From Bacteroidia bacterium (lineage in GTDB: Bacteria; Bacteroidota; Bacteroidia; 2-12-FULL-35-15), in contig JBDTFR010000022.1 in NCBI GenBank assembly GCA_039937835.1, positions 5,769 to 69,768 on the forward strand: a DNA stretch of 64,000 nt. Direction: 5' to 3'. Shown here in pieces: positions 30,309 through 41,083 of this stretch. The translations under genes were made by a program, and so were the position numbers. Numbering within the stretch: the first letter of the stretch is position 1; every line of letters starts with the position of its first letter. The notes beneath the pieces are model-generated. The model was not told the DNA's origin and ran no database searches. It was given only the letters and a program-made list of their open reading frames with translations.

Positions 30309-32207
30309 ATGATAAATTTAGTTTGGCTGGTTCCTCTTCTTCCCTTAATCGGATTTTTGATTATCGGTTTATTTGGGAAAAATCTTTCAAAAACAATGGC
30401 AGCATTCATTGGCTGTGGTTCAGTAATAATAGCATTTTTAATATCCGTTTTAATATTTGTAGAATTAACCGGTGACACACAAAAAACACACACCATCGAT
30501 TTATTTAGTTGGATTAGTTCGGGCAAACTCTCTATACCCTTCTCTTTTTTAATTGATCCATTGTCGTCTTTATTTTTATTAATTATTACGGGCATTGGTT
30601 CTTTAATCCACATTTATTCTGTAGGGTATATGCATACCGATGAAGGATTTTCTAGATTCTTCGCCTACCTAAACCTCTTTATATTATTTATGTTATTGCT
30701 TGTGTTAGGCTCTAATTACCTTATTATGTTTGTTGGTTGGGAAGGAGTGGGTTTATGCTCTTATTTACTAATTGGTTTTTGGTTTAAGAACATGGAATAT
30801 AACAATGCTGCTAAAAAGGCATTTATTATGAATCGTATTGGTGATTTTGGATTTATTTTAGGGGTTATTTTAATATACATCACCTTTGGTAGTATTTCAT
30901 TTCACGATGTGTTTACACAAGCAGGAAGTATGTCAAGTAATTCAACCACACTAATTACCATCACCTTATTATTATTTGTAGGGGCTATGGGTAAAAGTGC
31001 TCAATTGCCTTTGTATACTTGGTTGCCCGATGCGATGGCAGGTCCAACACCTGTATCTGCATTAATACATGCCGCTACCATGGTAACAGCAGGTATTTAC
31101 ATGATAGCACGATCTAATATTTTATTCACCTTAGCTCCCATTACAATGGAAGTAATTACAGTGATCGGTATTTGTACTGCTTTATTTGCTGCTACGATAG
31201 GCCTTGCACAAAATGATATTAAAAAGGTATTAGCGTATTCAACTGTTTCGCAATTGGGTTATATGTTTGTTGCTTTAGGAGTAGGTGCCTATACTGGAGC
31301 TGTATTCCACGTAATGACACATGCCTTTTTTAAAGCATTATTATTCTTAGGCGCAGGTAGTGTAATACATGCAATGGGTGGAGAACAAGACATTCGTAAA
31401 ATGGGTGGATTAAAAAAATACATTCCAATTACACATTTAACATTTTTAATAGGTACACTTGCAATTGTTGGTTTTCCAGGCTTCTCAGGTTTCTTTTCTA
31501 AAGATGAAATTTTAGCACATGCATTTGAAAAGAGCCCTTTCCTTTGGTTCATCGGTGTAGTAACGGCAGGTTTAACCACCTTTTATATGTTCCGCTTATA
31601 CTTTCTTACGTTTAAAACTTCTTTTAGAGGTACACAAGAACAAGAACATCATTTACATGAATCACCAAAAAGTATGACCATTCCATTAATAGTATTAGCA
31701 GTACTTTCGGCTATTGGTGGCTTTGTTGGTATTCCGGAAGTATTTGGAGGAGGTCACTTTTTAGAAGATTTTTTAAAACCTGTTTTTGCAGATTCTTCTT
31801 ATCGATTAATACATCACCTATCACATAGCACCGAATTAATATTGATGGCGGTAACCGTTTCCATTATGTTTATTTCACTTTATGCTGCATACAAAATGTA
31901 TGTGAAAGATAAAATAGTTCCAGTTGCTGAAGGCGAAAAATTAAGTCCGTTGCATCAGTTAGTTTATAAAAAATATTGGGTGGATGAGTTATATGAAAAC
32001 ATGATTACAAAACCATTAAACGCTATATCTACTGCATTTAGTAAATTTATAGACAATCAATTAATAGATGGTTTTGTAAATGGTATTGGCAGTGTTGTAA
32101 ATTGGGGCAGTCGCACCATTCGTCTTGCACAAACGGGTAACATTGGTTTTTATGTGTTTGTAATGGTTATTAGTATAGTAATTATTTTGTTTACCCAGTT
32201 AAGATAA
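30309..32207 (+). CDS. nuoL: NADH-quinone oxidoreductase subunit L
   Basis: 632 aa antiporter-like subunit. WLPDAMAGPTPVSALIHAATMV motif and a long C-terminal lateral helix. Confidence 0.95.
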   Translation: MINLVWLVPLLPLIGFLIIGLFGKNLSKTMAAFIGCGSVIIAFLISVLIFVELTGDTQKTHTIDLFSWISSGKLSIPFSFLIDPLSSLFLLIITGIGSLIHIYSVGYMHTDEGFSRFFAYLNLFILFMLLLVLGSNYLIMFVGWEGVGLCSYLLIGFWFKNMEYNNAAKKAFIMNRIGDFGFILGVILIYITFGSISFHDVFTQAGSMSSNSTTLITITLLLFVGAMGKSAQLPLYTWLPDAMAGPTPVSALIHAATMVTAGIYMIARSNILFTLAPITMEVITVIGICTALFAATIGLAQNDIKKVLAYSTVSQLGYMFVALGVGAYTGAVFHVMTHAFFKALLFLGAGSVIHAMGGEQDIRKMGGLKKYIPITHLTFLIGTLAIVGFPGFSGFFSKDEILAHAFEKSPFLWFIGVVTAGLTTFYMFRLYFLTFKTSFRGTQEQEHHLHESPKSMTIPLIVLAVLSAIGGFVGIPEVFGGGHFLEDFLKPVFADSSYRLIHHLSHSTELILMAVTVSIMFISLYAAYKMYVKDKIVPVAEGEKLSPLHQLVYKKYWVDELYENMITKPLNAISTAFSKFIDNQLIDGFVNGIGSVVNWGSRTIRLAQTGNIGFYVFVMVISIVIILFTQLR

Positions 32208-32239
32208 ACTTTGTTAGATAATAGAATTTAAATAAAAAT

Positions 32240-33703
32240 ATGATTACGGTACTCTTAATAGTTTTCCCTTTTATTGCGGCAATGCTGTTGTTATTAAGCA
32301 AAGGCGAACAAGTAAAAAAAATAGCGTTAGCGGCAGCTGTTATCGAATTTATTATCGCTCTTTTTGCGCTTAGTCAATTTCAATACACTGCACTTACTCA
32401 GTTTGAAGTAAGTTATAATTGGGTAAGATCATTAAACATTATGTTTCATGTAGGCATAGATGGTATTTCTATGTTAATGGTGTTGCTTACTACTTTTTTA
32501 GTTCCCATTATTATTCTTAGTTCATTTAAAACAGATTATAAAAACCCCTCTGTTTTTTATGCATTAATACTGTTTATGCAAATGGCTTTAATTGGCGTAT
32601 TTGTATCGCTTGATGGATTTTTGTTTTATATATTTTGGGAGTTGGCGCTTATTCCCATCTATTTTATTTGTTTATTATGGGGAGCAGAAAACCGTGTTAA
32701 AATTACCTTCAAGTTCTTTATATATACTACTGCTGGAAGTTTAATAATGTTGGGTGGGTTAATTTATCTCTACTTACACACACCAGGTAGCCATTCTTTT
32801 GCAGTTAACGCATTATATGAAGCGGGTAGAAGTTTAGATACACTTCATCAGAGTTATGTTTTTTGGGCAATGTTTATAGCGTTTGCGGTAAAGATGCCGG
32901 TGTTTCCATTTCATACATGGCAACCAGATACGTATACAACTGCACCAACGCAAGGAACCATGTTACTTTCGGGTATTATGTTAAAAATGGGAACGTACGG
33001 TTTAATCCGTTGGATCTTACCGCTTGTTCCTTTAGGAGTGGAGAAATGGGGACATACCGCAATTGTATTATCGGTAATCGGTATTGTGTACGCCTCTTGT
33101 ATAGCCATTGTGCAAAAAGATTTTAAACGTTTATTGGCTTATTCATCAATTGCCCACGTGGGTTTAATTGCAGCAGGTATTTTAGTAGTAAATGTACAAG
33201 GTGTACAAGGATCACTAATTCAAATGGTGAGCCACGGTGTAAATGTGGTAGGCCTTTTCTTTATTGTGGATATCATACAAAGCAGAACAACAAAAAGAGA
33301 TATTCCCTCATTAGGAGGAATCAGAAATTTAAACCCACAGTTTGCAGTATTATTTTTAATCATAGTAATGGGCAGTATTGCATTACCACTAACCAATGGA
33401 TTTGTTGGTGAGTTTTTAATGTTGAATGGAGTATATCAATACAGTGGTATAATCGCTGCATTCGCTGCATTAACAATGATTTTAAGTGCGGTGTATATGT
33501 TACGCAGTTATCAATTTATTATGTTAGGCCACAATACCGAGTTTACACAATCATTTGCGCCATTAGACGTAACTGAAAAAACGGTTTTATTTATTATTTG
33601 CATTGCGGTGATTGGTATTGGAGTTTATCCAAAACCATTATTAGACATGGTAGAACCATCTGTAATTAATTTATTAGACGGCATAAAAACGATAGCTAAA
33701 TAA
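32240..33703 (+). CDS. nuoM: NADH-quinone oxidoreductase subunit M
   Basis: 487 aa antiporter-like subunit (FHTWQPDTY, SIAHVG). Confidence 0.95.
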   Translation: MITVLLIVFPFIAAMLLLLSKGEQVKKIALAAAVIEFIIALFALSQFQYTALTQFEVSYNWVRSLNIMFHVGIDGISMLMVLLTTFLVPIIILSSFKTDYKNPSVFYALILFMQMALIGVFVSLDGFLFYIFWELALIPIYFICLLWGAENRVKITFKFFIYTTAGSLIMLGGLIYLYLHTPGSHSFAVNALYEAGRSLDTLHQSYVFWAMFIAFAVKMPVFPFHTWQPDTYTTAPTQGTMLLSGIMLKMGTYGLIRWILPLVPLGVEKWGHTAIVLSVIGIVYASCIAIVQKDFKRLLAYSSIAHVGLIAAGILVVNVQGVQGSLIQMVSHGVNVVGLFFIVDIIQSRTTKRDIPSLGGIRNLNPQFAVLFLIIVMGSIALPLTNGFVGEFLMLNGVYQYSGIIAAFAALTMILSAVYMLRSYQFIMLGHNTEFTQSFAPLDVTEKTVLFIICIAVIGIGVYPKPLLDMVEPSVINLLDGIKTIAK

Positions 33704-33773
33704 TACAAAAAGAAATTAAAAACATAATAGTGAAAAGCTCTTTATTAAATTAGGGTATACACATAACAAAAAT

Positions 33774-35141
33774 ATGAAAGCATTAGTATTACTTTCTTCC
33801 TTAGGTGTTGTTACATTACTTGCTGAAATTTTCAGTTTTAAAAAACGATTATACCCCTTTGTTCTATTAGGAATAATAGCCATTTTTATTGTAAATATTT
33901 TTGATTGGAACACCAATCAGTTGTATTTTAATATGCTGAGAACCGATAACTACGCTGTAGCATTTACAGGAGTAATTTTAGGCATTGGGTTTTTATGGTT
34001 TATGATGGCAGATGGTTTTTTTAAAGAAGAATCCAACCAAACAGATCATTACTCACTTATATTATTTGCTTTAGCTGGTGCCGTAATAATGGTTTCATAT
34101 ACCAATATGGCCATGTTGTTTTTAGGTATTGAAATTTTATCGATACCCATGTACATCTTATGTGGAAGTAATAAACTTGATTTATCATCCAACGAAGCGG
34201 CATTCAAATATTTAATAATGGGCGCATTTGCAACTGGATTTTTATTGTTTGGAATTACCTTAATATATGGCGCTACCGGTTCATTTGACTTAAAAGAAAT
34301 AGCAACAGCAGTGGCTTCACAAGCAACTGTTTCTCCTATTTTTTATGTAGGGGTTTTGTTAATGTTAACAGGATTGTCATTTAAAGTGTCGGCAGCGCCT
34401 TTTCATTTTTGGGCGCCAGATGTCTACCAAGGTGCACCAACAGTAATTACTGCATTTATGGCAACCATTGTGAAAATAGCAGGCTTTGGAGCATTTTTAA
34501 AACTGTTTTCAACTACATTTAATAATGCCCATGATACTTGGGGAACTACCATTTGGGTAATTGCTGCACTAAGCATGTTGGTGGGTAATATTACCGCTAT
34601 TTTTCAAACCAGTACCAAACGATTATTAGCCTATTCTAGCATTGCACATGCTGGTTATATTTTATTAGCATTGTTAGCGGGGAATAGTTTTTCTAGCAGC
34701 GCGGTATTGATGTACGCTACCGCATATTCTATTGGCTCTATTGCTACGTTTGGTATAGTTGATATAATTAGTAAAACAAGAGGAAGCGATGGCATTGATC
34801 ACTTTAATGGATTAGGTAAGTCAAACCCGTTTCTTGCATTTGTAATGGCGGTAGCCTTATTTTCATTAGCAGGTATACCACCAACAGCAGGCTTTTTTGC
34901 TAAATATTATATTTTTACTTCCGCATTTATGGCGGGTAATCCAGGCTTGGTATTAATAGCCATTATAGCCTCTTTAATTGGTATTTATTATTATTTTAAA
35001 ATAGTAATTGCCATGTATTTTAAGGAAGGCAATAAAGAACCCATTCAAGTACAGGCCAACCATAAAATACTCTTAATAATTATTGTCTTTGCCATTTTTG
35101 TACTGGGCTTATTTCCTGATTTAATTATTAGTTTGCTTTAA
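33774..35141 (+). CDS. nuoN: NADH-quinone oxidoreductase subunit N
   Basis: 455 aa antiporter-like subunit (FHFWAPDVYQGAP, SIAHAG). Confidence 0.95.
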   Translation: MKALVLLSSLGVVTLLAEIFSFKKRLYPFVLLGIIAIFIVNIFDWNTNQLYFNMLRTDNYAVAFTGVILGIGFLWFMMADGFFKEESNQTDHYSLILFALAGAVIMVSYTNMAMLFLGIEILSIPMYILCGSNKLDLSSNEAAFKYLIMGAFATGFLLFGITLIYGATGSFDLKEIATAVASQATVSPIFYVGVLLMLTGLSFKVSAAPFHFWAPDVYQGAPTVITAFMATIVKIAGFGAFLKLFSTTFNNAHDTWGTTIWVIAALSMLVGNITAIFQTSTKRLLAYSSIAHAGYILLALLAGNSFSSSAVLMYATAYSIGSIATFGIVDIISKTRGSDGIDHFNGLGKSNPFLAFVMAVALFSLAGIPPTAGFFAKYYIFTSAFMAGNPGLVLIAIIASLIGIYYYFKIVIAMYFKEGNKEPIQVQANHKILLIIIVFAIFVLGLFPDLIISLL

Positions 35142-35413
35142 AATATTCTTTTAGAATTAAATCTCATTTAAAACTGTTACTGAGAGGACGACGTTTTATA
35201 GCGGGATTTTTCTCAATTATTTTGAAACCCTAATGCGTTATTTGGACGTATATGCTGCTGTAAATAATAGTAAAGCAATTAGGTTCCGATTGAATTACGA
35301 ACTTTAGCCCAAGCACATCTGCGGTTTGTTGATTTTAGCATAACAGTATTTTTTATCCAATTCAAAAAGCCGAAATAGCAAAAAGGATTTATAATAAACA
35401 AAATTAGATTTAT

Positions 35414-36055
35414 ATGAAATACTTAAAATGTAATAATTGCGGACATCTAAATGAAGTTAAAACGGAGTATTTAATGCTATGCTCTAAATGCAATAAAAAG
35501 TTAGAGAATAATTATAGTGACTGGAAAAAAAGAAATTCGGACAAATCATTCGATGATTATAAGAATTTGATATGTACCACCGAGATAAATGAAGCGTCTC
35601 CAGTTAAGACGAAATCTAATAAAACAAAAGGATTAAAATACTGGATAGGTTTTGCGTTTATTTTTGCAATCTTTTATGCAGTAGGACAATTGGGTGGGGA
35701 GAAAATAGTTGGATTGTTTAGAAAGCCAGTATATGACAAGGCAATGATGAAAATAGCAAATGAGATAAATAAATCTTGCCCTGTTATGGTTGATAGTATT
35801 ACCAGATTAGATAATGCAGTGGCACTTCCAGGCAATGTATTTCAATATAATTACACAGGCATAAACATGGTGAAAGAATCTGTAGATATTGAAGCAATGA
35901 AAAATTATCTTGAACCAACTACTATAAATTTTGTAAAAACAAACCCTGATATGCAAATGGTGAGAGATAATAAGGTGACCGTAAATTATTATTATAAAGA
36001 CAAGAAAGGGGTATATTTATTTACAATTTCTGTTACGCCTGAGAAATACGAATGA
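35414..36055 (+). CDS. Hypothetical membrane-anchored protein with N-terminal zinc-ribbon (CxxC...CxxC)
   Basis: CNNCGH ... CSKCNKK zinc ribbon, one TM helix, then a ~110-aa extracytoplasmic domain. It is the first gene of the accessory islet after nuoN. Confidence 0.5.
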   Translation: MKYLKCNNCGHLNEVKTEYLMLCSKCNKKLENNYSDWKKRNSDKSFDDYKNLICTTEINEASPVKTKSNKTKGLKYWIGFAFIFAIFYAVGQLGGEKIVGLFRKPVYDKAMMKIANEINKSCPVMVDSITRLDNAVALPGNVFQYNYTGINMVKESVDIEAMKNYLEPTTINFVKTNPDMQMVRDNKVTVNYYYKDKKGVYLFTISVTPEKYE

Positions 36056-36292
36056 TAAGCATTTACTGGCAGCACACATAGTATAATGCATTTGACCTCA
36101 TTAGTTTTTCGAGGTTCGTAGTTCGAAAAAAGTCAGTTTAAATTGAAAGGAAAACCGCCTTGTAACCATTCGCGATACCATATCGTCATCCGTTGGTGGT
36201 AATTTTTAAAATTTCACATCTCTAAAAAAATCACTAAAACAATTTGAAATTAAGAACAAATTGTAATTATTTTGTATTAACAAACTAGCAGT

Positions 36293-36541
36293 ATGGAACT
36301 TTCAATTATAAACATAGGAAACTCGAAGGCAATTATACTTTCGAAAACAATTCTTGAGAAATATAGTATTACTGATAAAATAGAAATAATACTAGAAAAA
36401 GGGTATATCATTTTGAAACCCAAAACAGCGCCTCGTAAAGGTTGGGAAAAAGCATTCAAAATAATGCACGAAAAAGGTGATGACCAACTTTTAATGAATG
36501 ATATTTTTGAAGATGAAACTTTTGAAGAGTGGAATAAATAA
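36293..36541 (+). CDS. AbrB/MazE/SpoVT-family antitoxin (MazE-like)
   Basis: 82 aa. N-terminal swapped-hairpin block (GNSKAIILSKTILEKY) and an acidic C-terminus, followed within 10 nt by a PemK/MazF-homologous frame. Confidence 0.75.
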   Translation: MELSIINIGNSKAIILSKTILEKYSITDKIEIILEKGYIILKPKTAPRKGWEKAFKIMHEKGDDQLLMNDIFEDETFEEWNK

Positions 36542-36562
36542 ATCAATCAATATGAAATTGTA

Positions 36563-36859
36563 TTGGTTAATCTTGATCCAACGATAGGAAGCGAAATGAA
36601 AAAGATGAGACCTTGTGTTATAATATCACCAAATGAAATGAACAAATATTTACAAACCAACGTTGTAGCGGCAATGGCAAGTAGTTCGAAGCCATATCCT
36701 ACAAGAGTTGAAGTTAAACATAAAGGTACAAAAGGTTGGATAGCGATTAATCAAATTCGGACAATAGATAGATTAAGAATTGTAAAACGTTTTGAAATTT
36801 TAACCGAGAAGGAAATAGAGAAAGTAAAAGCAGTTATGAAAGAAACGTTTGTTGATTAA
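36563..36859 (+). CDS. PemK/MazF-family type II toxin (mRNA interferase); start codon uncertain
   Basis: LVNLDPTIGSEMKKMRPCVIISPNEMN is a canonical PemK N-terminus. Homology (YEIVLVNLDP) begins at 36551, directly after the antitoxin TAA (36539-41), in the same frame and with no in-frame ATG. Candidate starts are ATT 36557 or TTG 36563. Confidence 0.7.
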   Translation: MVNLDPTIGSEMKKMRPCVIISPNEMNKYLQTNVVAAMASSSKPYPTRVEVKHKGTKGWIAINQIRTIDRLRIVKRFEILTEKEIEKVKAVMKETFVD

Positions 36860-36905
36860 AAAATTTTGCCCAGAAGTGTTTATCGCCTACAGAGTTAAAA
36901 TGAAT

Positions 36906-36961
36906 TAAAAAAACATCAAATCATTTTGACTATCAGAAATTAACTATTATTATAATCAAAA
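36906..36961. promoter_or_regulatory. Perfect 15-bp inverted repeat (ATCAAATCATTTTGA ... TCAAAATGATTTGAT) with 26-bp AT-rich spacer upstream of the VF530 gene
   Basis: Both arms were read directly. It lies 22 nt upstream of the 36983 ATG. Confidence 0.45.
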
Positions 36962-36982
36962 TGATTTGATATTAAACAGCAA

Positions 36983-37228
36983 ATGGATAAAGATAATAGT
37001 CAACAAAAGGAACAAGTCAACAACCCCTTACATGGCTTGAAGCTGGCAACTATTGTAGAGGTGCTTGTGGAAAAGTATGGCTGGGAAAGTTTAGCAATGA
37101 AAATTAATATCAAATGTTTTAAAGACAACCCTTCCATTAAATCTAGCCTAACGTTTTTAAGAAAAACACCATGGGCAAGAGATAAAGTGGAACAGCTTTA
37201 TCTTAATTTAGAAAAGAAAAAGAAATAA
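36983..37228 (+). CDS. VF530 / DUF2132-family small DNA-binding protein
   Basis: 81 aa. The [41 protein letters not shown] block matches the VF530 family signature. Confidence 0.7.
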   Translation: MDKDNSQQKEQVNNPLHGLKLATIVEVLVEKYGWESLAMKINIKCFKDNPSIKSSLTFLRKTPWARDKVEQLYLNLEKKKK

Positions 37229-37755
37229 TACTGGATACGACAAATCTTACGTTGTGTTAAACGCAGTTAGCCAAATGCTAATAAAAATAATTACTACCAG
37301 GATTATAAATGAGGCAAAAAGTATATATTTTACTGGGTCGCCTTATCATTATTAAATTCTTGTTATTATAAACCATTCCTTGGTTACGCCGTAAATAAAA
37401 ATAGATTCAAAAAATTTAGTAAGGCAGAAAAAATTTCTGGATACAATTCTAACCCAGCCAAGGATTATAAGGTGACCCGATATGACTGGACAATATCACT
37501 TTTTCCAGACAAAAAAAGGATCTCTGGGAAAATGGATATTTGTTTCACTACTACAACTACTTAAAATGTATTGCTATTTGATCTTCAGAAAATTAAGAGG
37601 ATTTTTTCTTATGTGTGTTCAGAAGGTGAACCTCAAATTAATAGAACGCATTATTTTATATATTTGGAGATAACCGTATCTTAAATCACAACTCAATATA
37701 ACCAACTGTTAATACTTAAAGTGCCGTCTATTCGATTACTTGCAGCTATTTAGTT

Positions 37756-38403
37756 TTAATCTCCTATTTTTTCTAGCGCAGGAATATCGTCCATTTTTTC
37801 TAAACGCTCCGCCAGTTCTTTTTTAAAATCGATTAATTCATTTTCGGTCTTTACTAATTCCTTATATAGTTTTTCTTTACCAGTTTTTGTCTTTTCTATT
37901 TTACGCAAAATCTCATACACTTCTGCTTCCGCTTCCATTACCTGAAGCCGCTTATAATAGGTCAAACTTTCTGTCATGTGCGCCAATGCAATCATTGCTG
38001 TTAAAAATGGATGATTATTAGTAACGTTAACATCTTTTACCTTTCCATGTTCCAACTCCACTTTTAAAGCAAAAGCAAATTCTTTCATATTAAATTCTTC
38101 GTGTTTGCTTTTGGGATTTAAATATGCTTTAATGCACAACACATTATTCATGGTGGATAGATCCACATCAGTATCTATTTTTTGATTTAAGTCTTTGTAA
38201 ATAACATTTCTGATTGCTCTTGCTTCTTCGATTGTGGGATCATTCTTAGGGTTCTCAAAATCTCTTTTCGACCAATCCCAATTTTTTGGATGAACCGATT
38301 TAATATATTTTTCGCAGAAATCAGTAACATCATTTTTTAGACTTACTAATTCTCCATCGCGTTTGATGTAAACATCCTGATAATTTCCACTTTTTGTTGC
38401 CAT
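37756..38403 (-). CDS. Hypothetical protein (215 aa), coiled-coil C-terminus
   Basis: Intact ORF with an ELEHGK-containing central block and a K/E-rich C-terminal helix. No confident family assignment. Confidence 0.5.
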   Translation of the reverse strand: MATKSGNYQDVYIKRDGELVSLKNDVTDFCEKYIKSVHPKNWDWSKRDFENPKNDPTIEEARAIRNVIYKDLNQKIDTDVDLSTMNNVLCIKAYLNPKSKHEEFNMKEFAFALKVELEHGKVKDVNVTNNHPFLTAMIALAHMTESLTYYKRLQVMEAEAEVYEILRKIEKTKTGKEKLYKELVKTENELIDFKKELAERLEKMDDIPALEKIGD

Positions 38404-38479
38404 GTGTTTTTTTTATAAAGGTAAAATTTTAATTACGGTTTTTTAAGAAGTGTTACATCTTTGCCGACGGTACAATTTT

Positions 38480-38989
38480 TTAGTTTAACTCTAAAGTGTA
38501 CAACCAATATTTTTTACCAAACAAAGTAGGTATTTCTTTAAGAATTTTAAAGCCCATGTTTTCATAAATGTGTCTTGCCGCATCCATGAATTCTGAAGTG
38601 TATAATGCAATTGTCGCTTCCTTATTTTGTTTTGCAAAATCAATACACATGTTTGTAAGAGTTTTTGCAATACCTTGTCCCTGATAGTTGGGATTTACAC
38701 CAACCATTCTTATGTATGACCATTCTTTTTTGAAAAGCTCAGTTGGATTGCCGCTTGGGATTATATATGCTGACCCAACGATTTTGTTGTTTTGGATACA
38801 AACAAAACACATTGAAATTTTAAGAATATCAATTAACTTTTGCTTGTTATGCAAATTGCCGTTAAATATTGCCCAATTATCTGGGGTTAATATATTTTGA
38901 AATTGTCCATAAGAAATAATACCAAGATTTTGCAATTGATCTAAGTCATTAATTGTTCCAACGCGATATGTCAATTTCTTTTTTATCAT
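38480..38989 (-). CDS. GNAT-family N-acetyltransferase
   Basis: Acetyl-CoA-binding motif A (VNPNYQGQGIAKTL). Confidence 0.8.
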   Translation of the reverse strand: MIKKKLTYRVGTINDLDQLQNLGIISYGQFQNILTPDNWAIFNGNLHNKQKLIDILKISMCFVCIQNNKIVGSAYIIPSGNPTELFKKEWSYIRMVGVNPNYQGQGIAKTLTNMCIDFAKQNKEATIALYTSEFMDAARHIYENMGFKILKEIPTLFGKKYWLYTLELN

Positions 38990-39127
38990 GATGTCGATTT
39001 TATTTTCGATAGCTCAGCTCCTTGTTACTAGTTCTTAAATGTTAACAACAATACAATTATAATTTTACACTGCAAATTTTTCCTAATCAATTATAGCCAA
39101 GTTTTTCTTACGCATTTTAATTACATT

Positions 39128-40789
39128 TTACTCATCAACAAATTTAAACGCATCCCCATCAAACAATCCTTTATCACTCAACTTAATATGGGGTATTACC
39201 AACAATGCCATGAACGATAAAGTCATAAAAGGTGACTTTAAAGTAGCACCTAACTCTTCTTTTGCCATTTTATCAATAAGGGTATAGGCTTTTGCTACGC
39301 TGTAGCCATCTTCGTTACTCATTAAACCTGCAATGGGTAATGGCAATGCTTGTTGATTACTAATACTCACAGCACTAATGCCCCCTTTTTTTTCAATGAT
39401 CAAATTAACGGCCTTCATTAAACTTCCATCATCCGTTCCTACTGCTACTATATTATGACTATCATGTGCCACTGATGAGGCAATTGCTCCCTGTTTAATT
39501 CCAAAATTCTTAATAAAAGCTTTTGTTATCGGCGCATTGCTGTACCTGTTTACAACCACTATTTTTAAAATATCATTGGCCACATCTGCTACTATCTTAT
39601 TATTTTCAACTTTCGGTATGCCTATTATTTTATTGGTAATTAGCTGGCCATCTAATGCTTCAATAATCGGTATTTCTTTTTCTCCTTTATAATCTATTGA
39701 AAAATCAATCGCGCTTTTTTTAGTACAATTAAATTGATTAATTATTTCAGGTGGCGATGTATTAATTTTTGATTTACCAGCATCAGCAACTAGTTGACCA
39801 TTTATATAGGTTTGTTGTACGTTGAAATGAATAAGATCGTCCACTACAATAAAATCGGCAGGATCGCCCACTCTTAATAACCCCACATTTAATTTATAAT
39901 GTAGTACAGGGTTGATACAAGCGGCTTGCAATATTTTAAAAACATCAATGCCTTTTACAATGGCACGGGCACAAAGCTCATTAATATGCCCTTCTACTAA
40001 ACTATCTGGATGTTTATCATCACTACAAAACATCATATTATCAGAATGCTCGTGCATTAAATAAATTAAGGCATCAAAATTTTTAGCGGCACTGCCTTCT
40101 CTAATTAAAATTTTCATACCGTATTTTAATTTATCTAGTGCTTCTTCCGCTGTAAAGCATTCATGGTCAGTAGCGATAACTACTTGATCTACTTTCCCAG
40201 CTTGTATGTATTTTTTTGCTAAATCACCCATTAGCCCGGGTGCATGACCATCAATAGGCTTATTGTATTTTATGGCCGAGGCTATTTTCTTTATTACTTC
40301 CGCATCACCATTCAATACACCCGGAAAATTCATCACTTCAGTTAAATAAAAAATATCTTCATTTTGTAATAAGGTATTGATATAGGCAGCATTTAAATTT
40401 GCGCCAGCCGTTTCAAAAGTTGTAGCCGGAACGCAACTGGGTGCCCCAAAATAGAATTTAAAGGGTACTGTTTTTCCATTGGCGATCATAAATTTTATGC
40501 CTTCATCGCCACAAACGTTTGCTATTTCGTGAGGGTCGCTGATGGTAGCAACGGTACCATGTACTACTGCCAATTTTGCAAATTCTGCGGGCACCAGCAG
40601 TGCACTTTCTATATGAACATGGCTATCTATAAAGCCAGGCATTAGATAACTAACTTTTTCTGCTTCACTTTCGTTATAAGGGAGTGGCTGAATAGAAACT
40701 ATTTTTTTATTTTTTACTACTACTTCCGCATAAAATACCTTTTTGTTAAAAATATCAACTACATTCCCTTTTATATTCGTTACTTCCAT
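39128..40789 (-). CDS. ade: Adenine deaminase
   Basis: 553 aa amidohydrolase. The metal-binding [11 protein letters not shown] motif and overall length are typical of Ade. Confidence 0.85.
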   Translation of the reverse strand: MEVTNIKGNVVDIFNKKVFYAEVVVKNKKIVSIQPLPYNESEAEKVSYLMPGFIDSHVHIESALLVPAEFAKLAVVHGTVATISDPHEIANVCGDEGIKFMIANGKTVPFKFYFGAPSCVPATTFETAGANLNAAYINTLLQNEDIFYLTEVMNFPGVLNGDAEVIKKIASAIKYNKPIDGHAPGLMGDLAKKYIQAGKVDQVVIATDHECFTAEEALDKLKYGMKILIREGSAAKNFDALIYLMHEHSDNMMFCSDDKHPDSLVEGHINELCARAIVKGIDVFKILQAACINPVLHYKLNVGLLRVGDPADFIVVDDLIHFNVQQTYINGQLVADAGKSKINTSPPEIINQFNCTKKSAIDFSIDYKGEKEIPIIEALDGQLITNKIIGIPKVENNKIVADVANDILKIVVVNRYSNAPITKAFIKNFGIKQGAIASSVAHDSHNIVAVGTDDGSLMKAVNLIIEKKGGISAVSISNQQALPLPIAGLMSNEDGYSVAKAYTLIDKMAKEELGATLKSPFMTLSFMALLVIPHIKLSDKGLFDGDAFKFVDE

Positions 40790-41083
40790 AAGTATTGTTA
40801 TATTTAAAGATCAAAATTTAAACTCGCTATTAATTGATAAAAATATTACATTTGATTTATAAATAGCTAAAAAAAGTTCTAATTGAAATATTGATAATAA
40901 AAAGCAGGAAAAGGGCAGCAAGAAATAAGTAGTAATGAAGCGCATGTAATTTAAGGGTAAAAATAAAATAAACTACCTTATACGTTTAATGTTGTAAATT
41001 ATGAATATGGGAAGCGTGTTGGGAGACAATTTAAAACTAGAATAGGTTGATCTTTAAACGATACTTGAAATACAATAAAAATT

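Noticed and set aside
21396-35141. Numerous antisense or internal ORFs inside nuo genes and other housekeeping genes (for example 22432-22632, 25468-25861, 28948-29181, 29595-29888, 31289-31579, 32863-33126)
   Set aside because: All lie within or antisense to strongly supported conserved genes and show no motifs. They are typical spurious six-frame ORFs.
37482-37673. 63-aa ORF in the 37.2-37.75 kb non-coding stretch
   Set aside because: Hydrophobic low-complexity translation of AT-rich DNA with no plausible start context. Treated as spurious.
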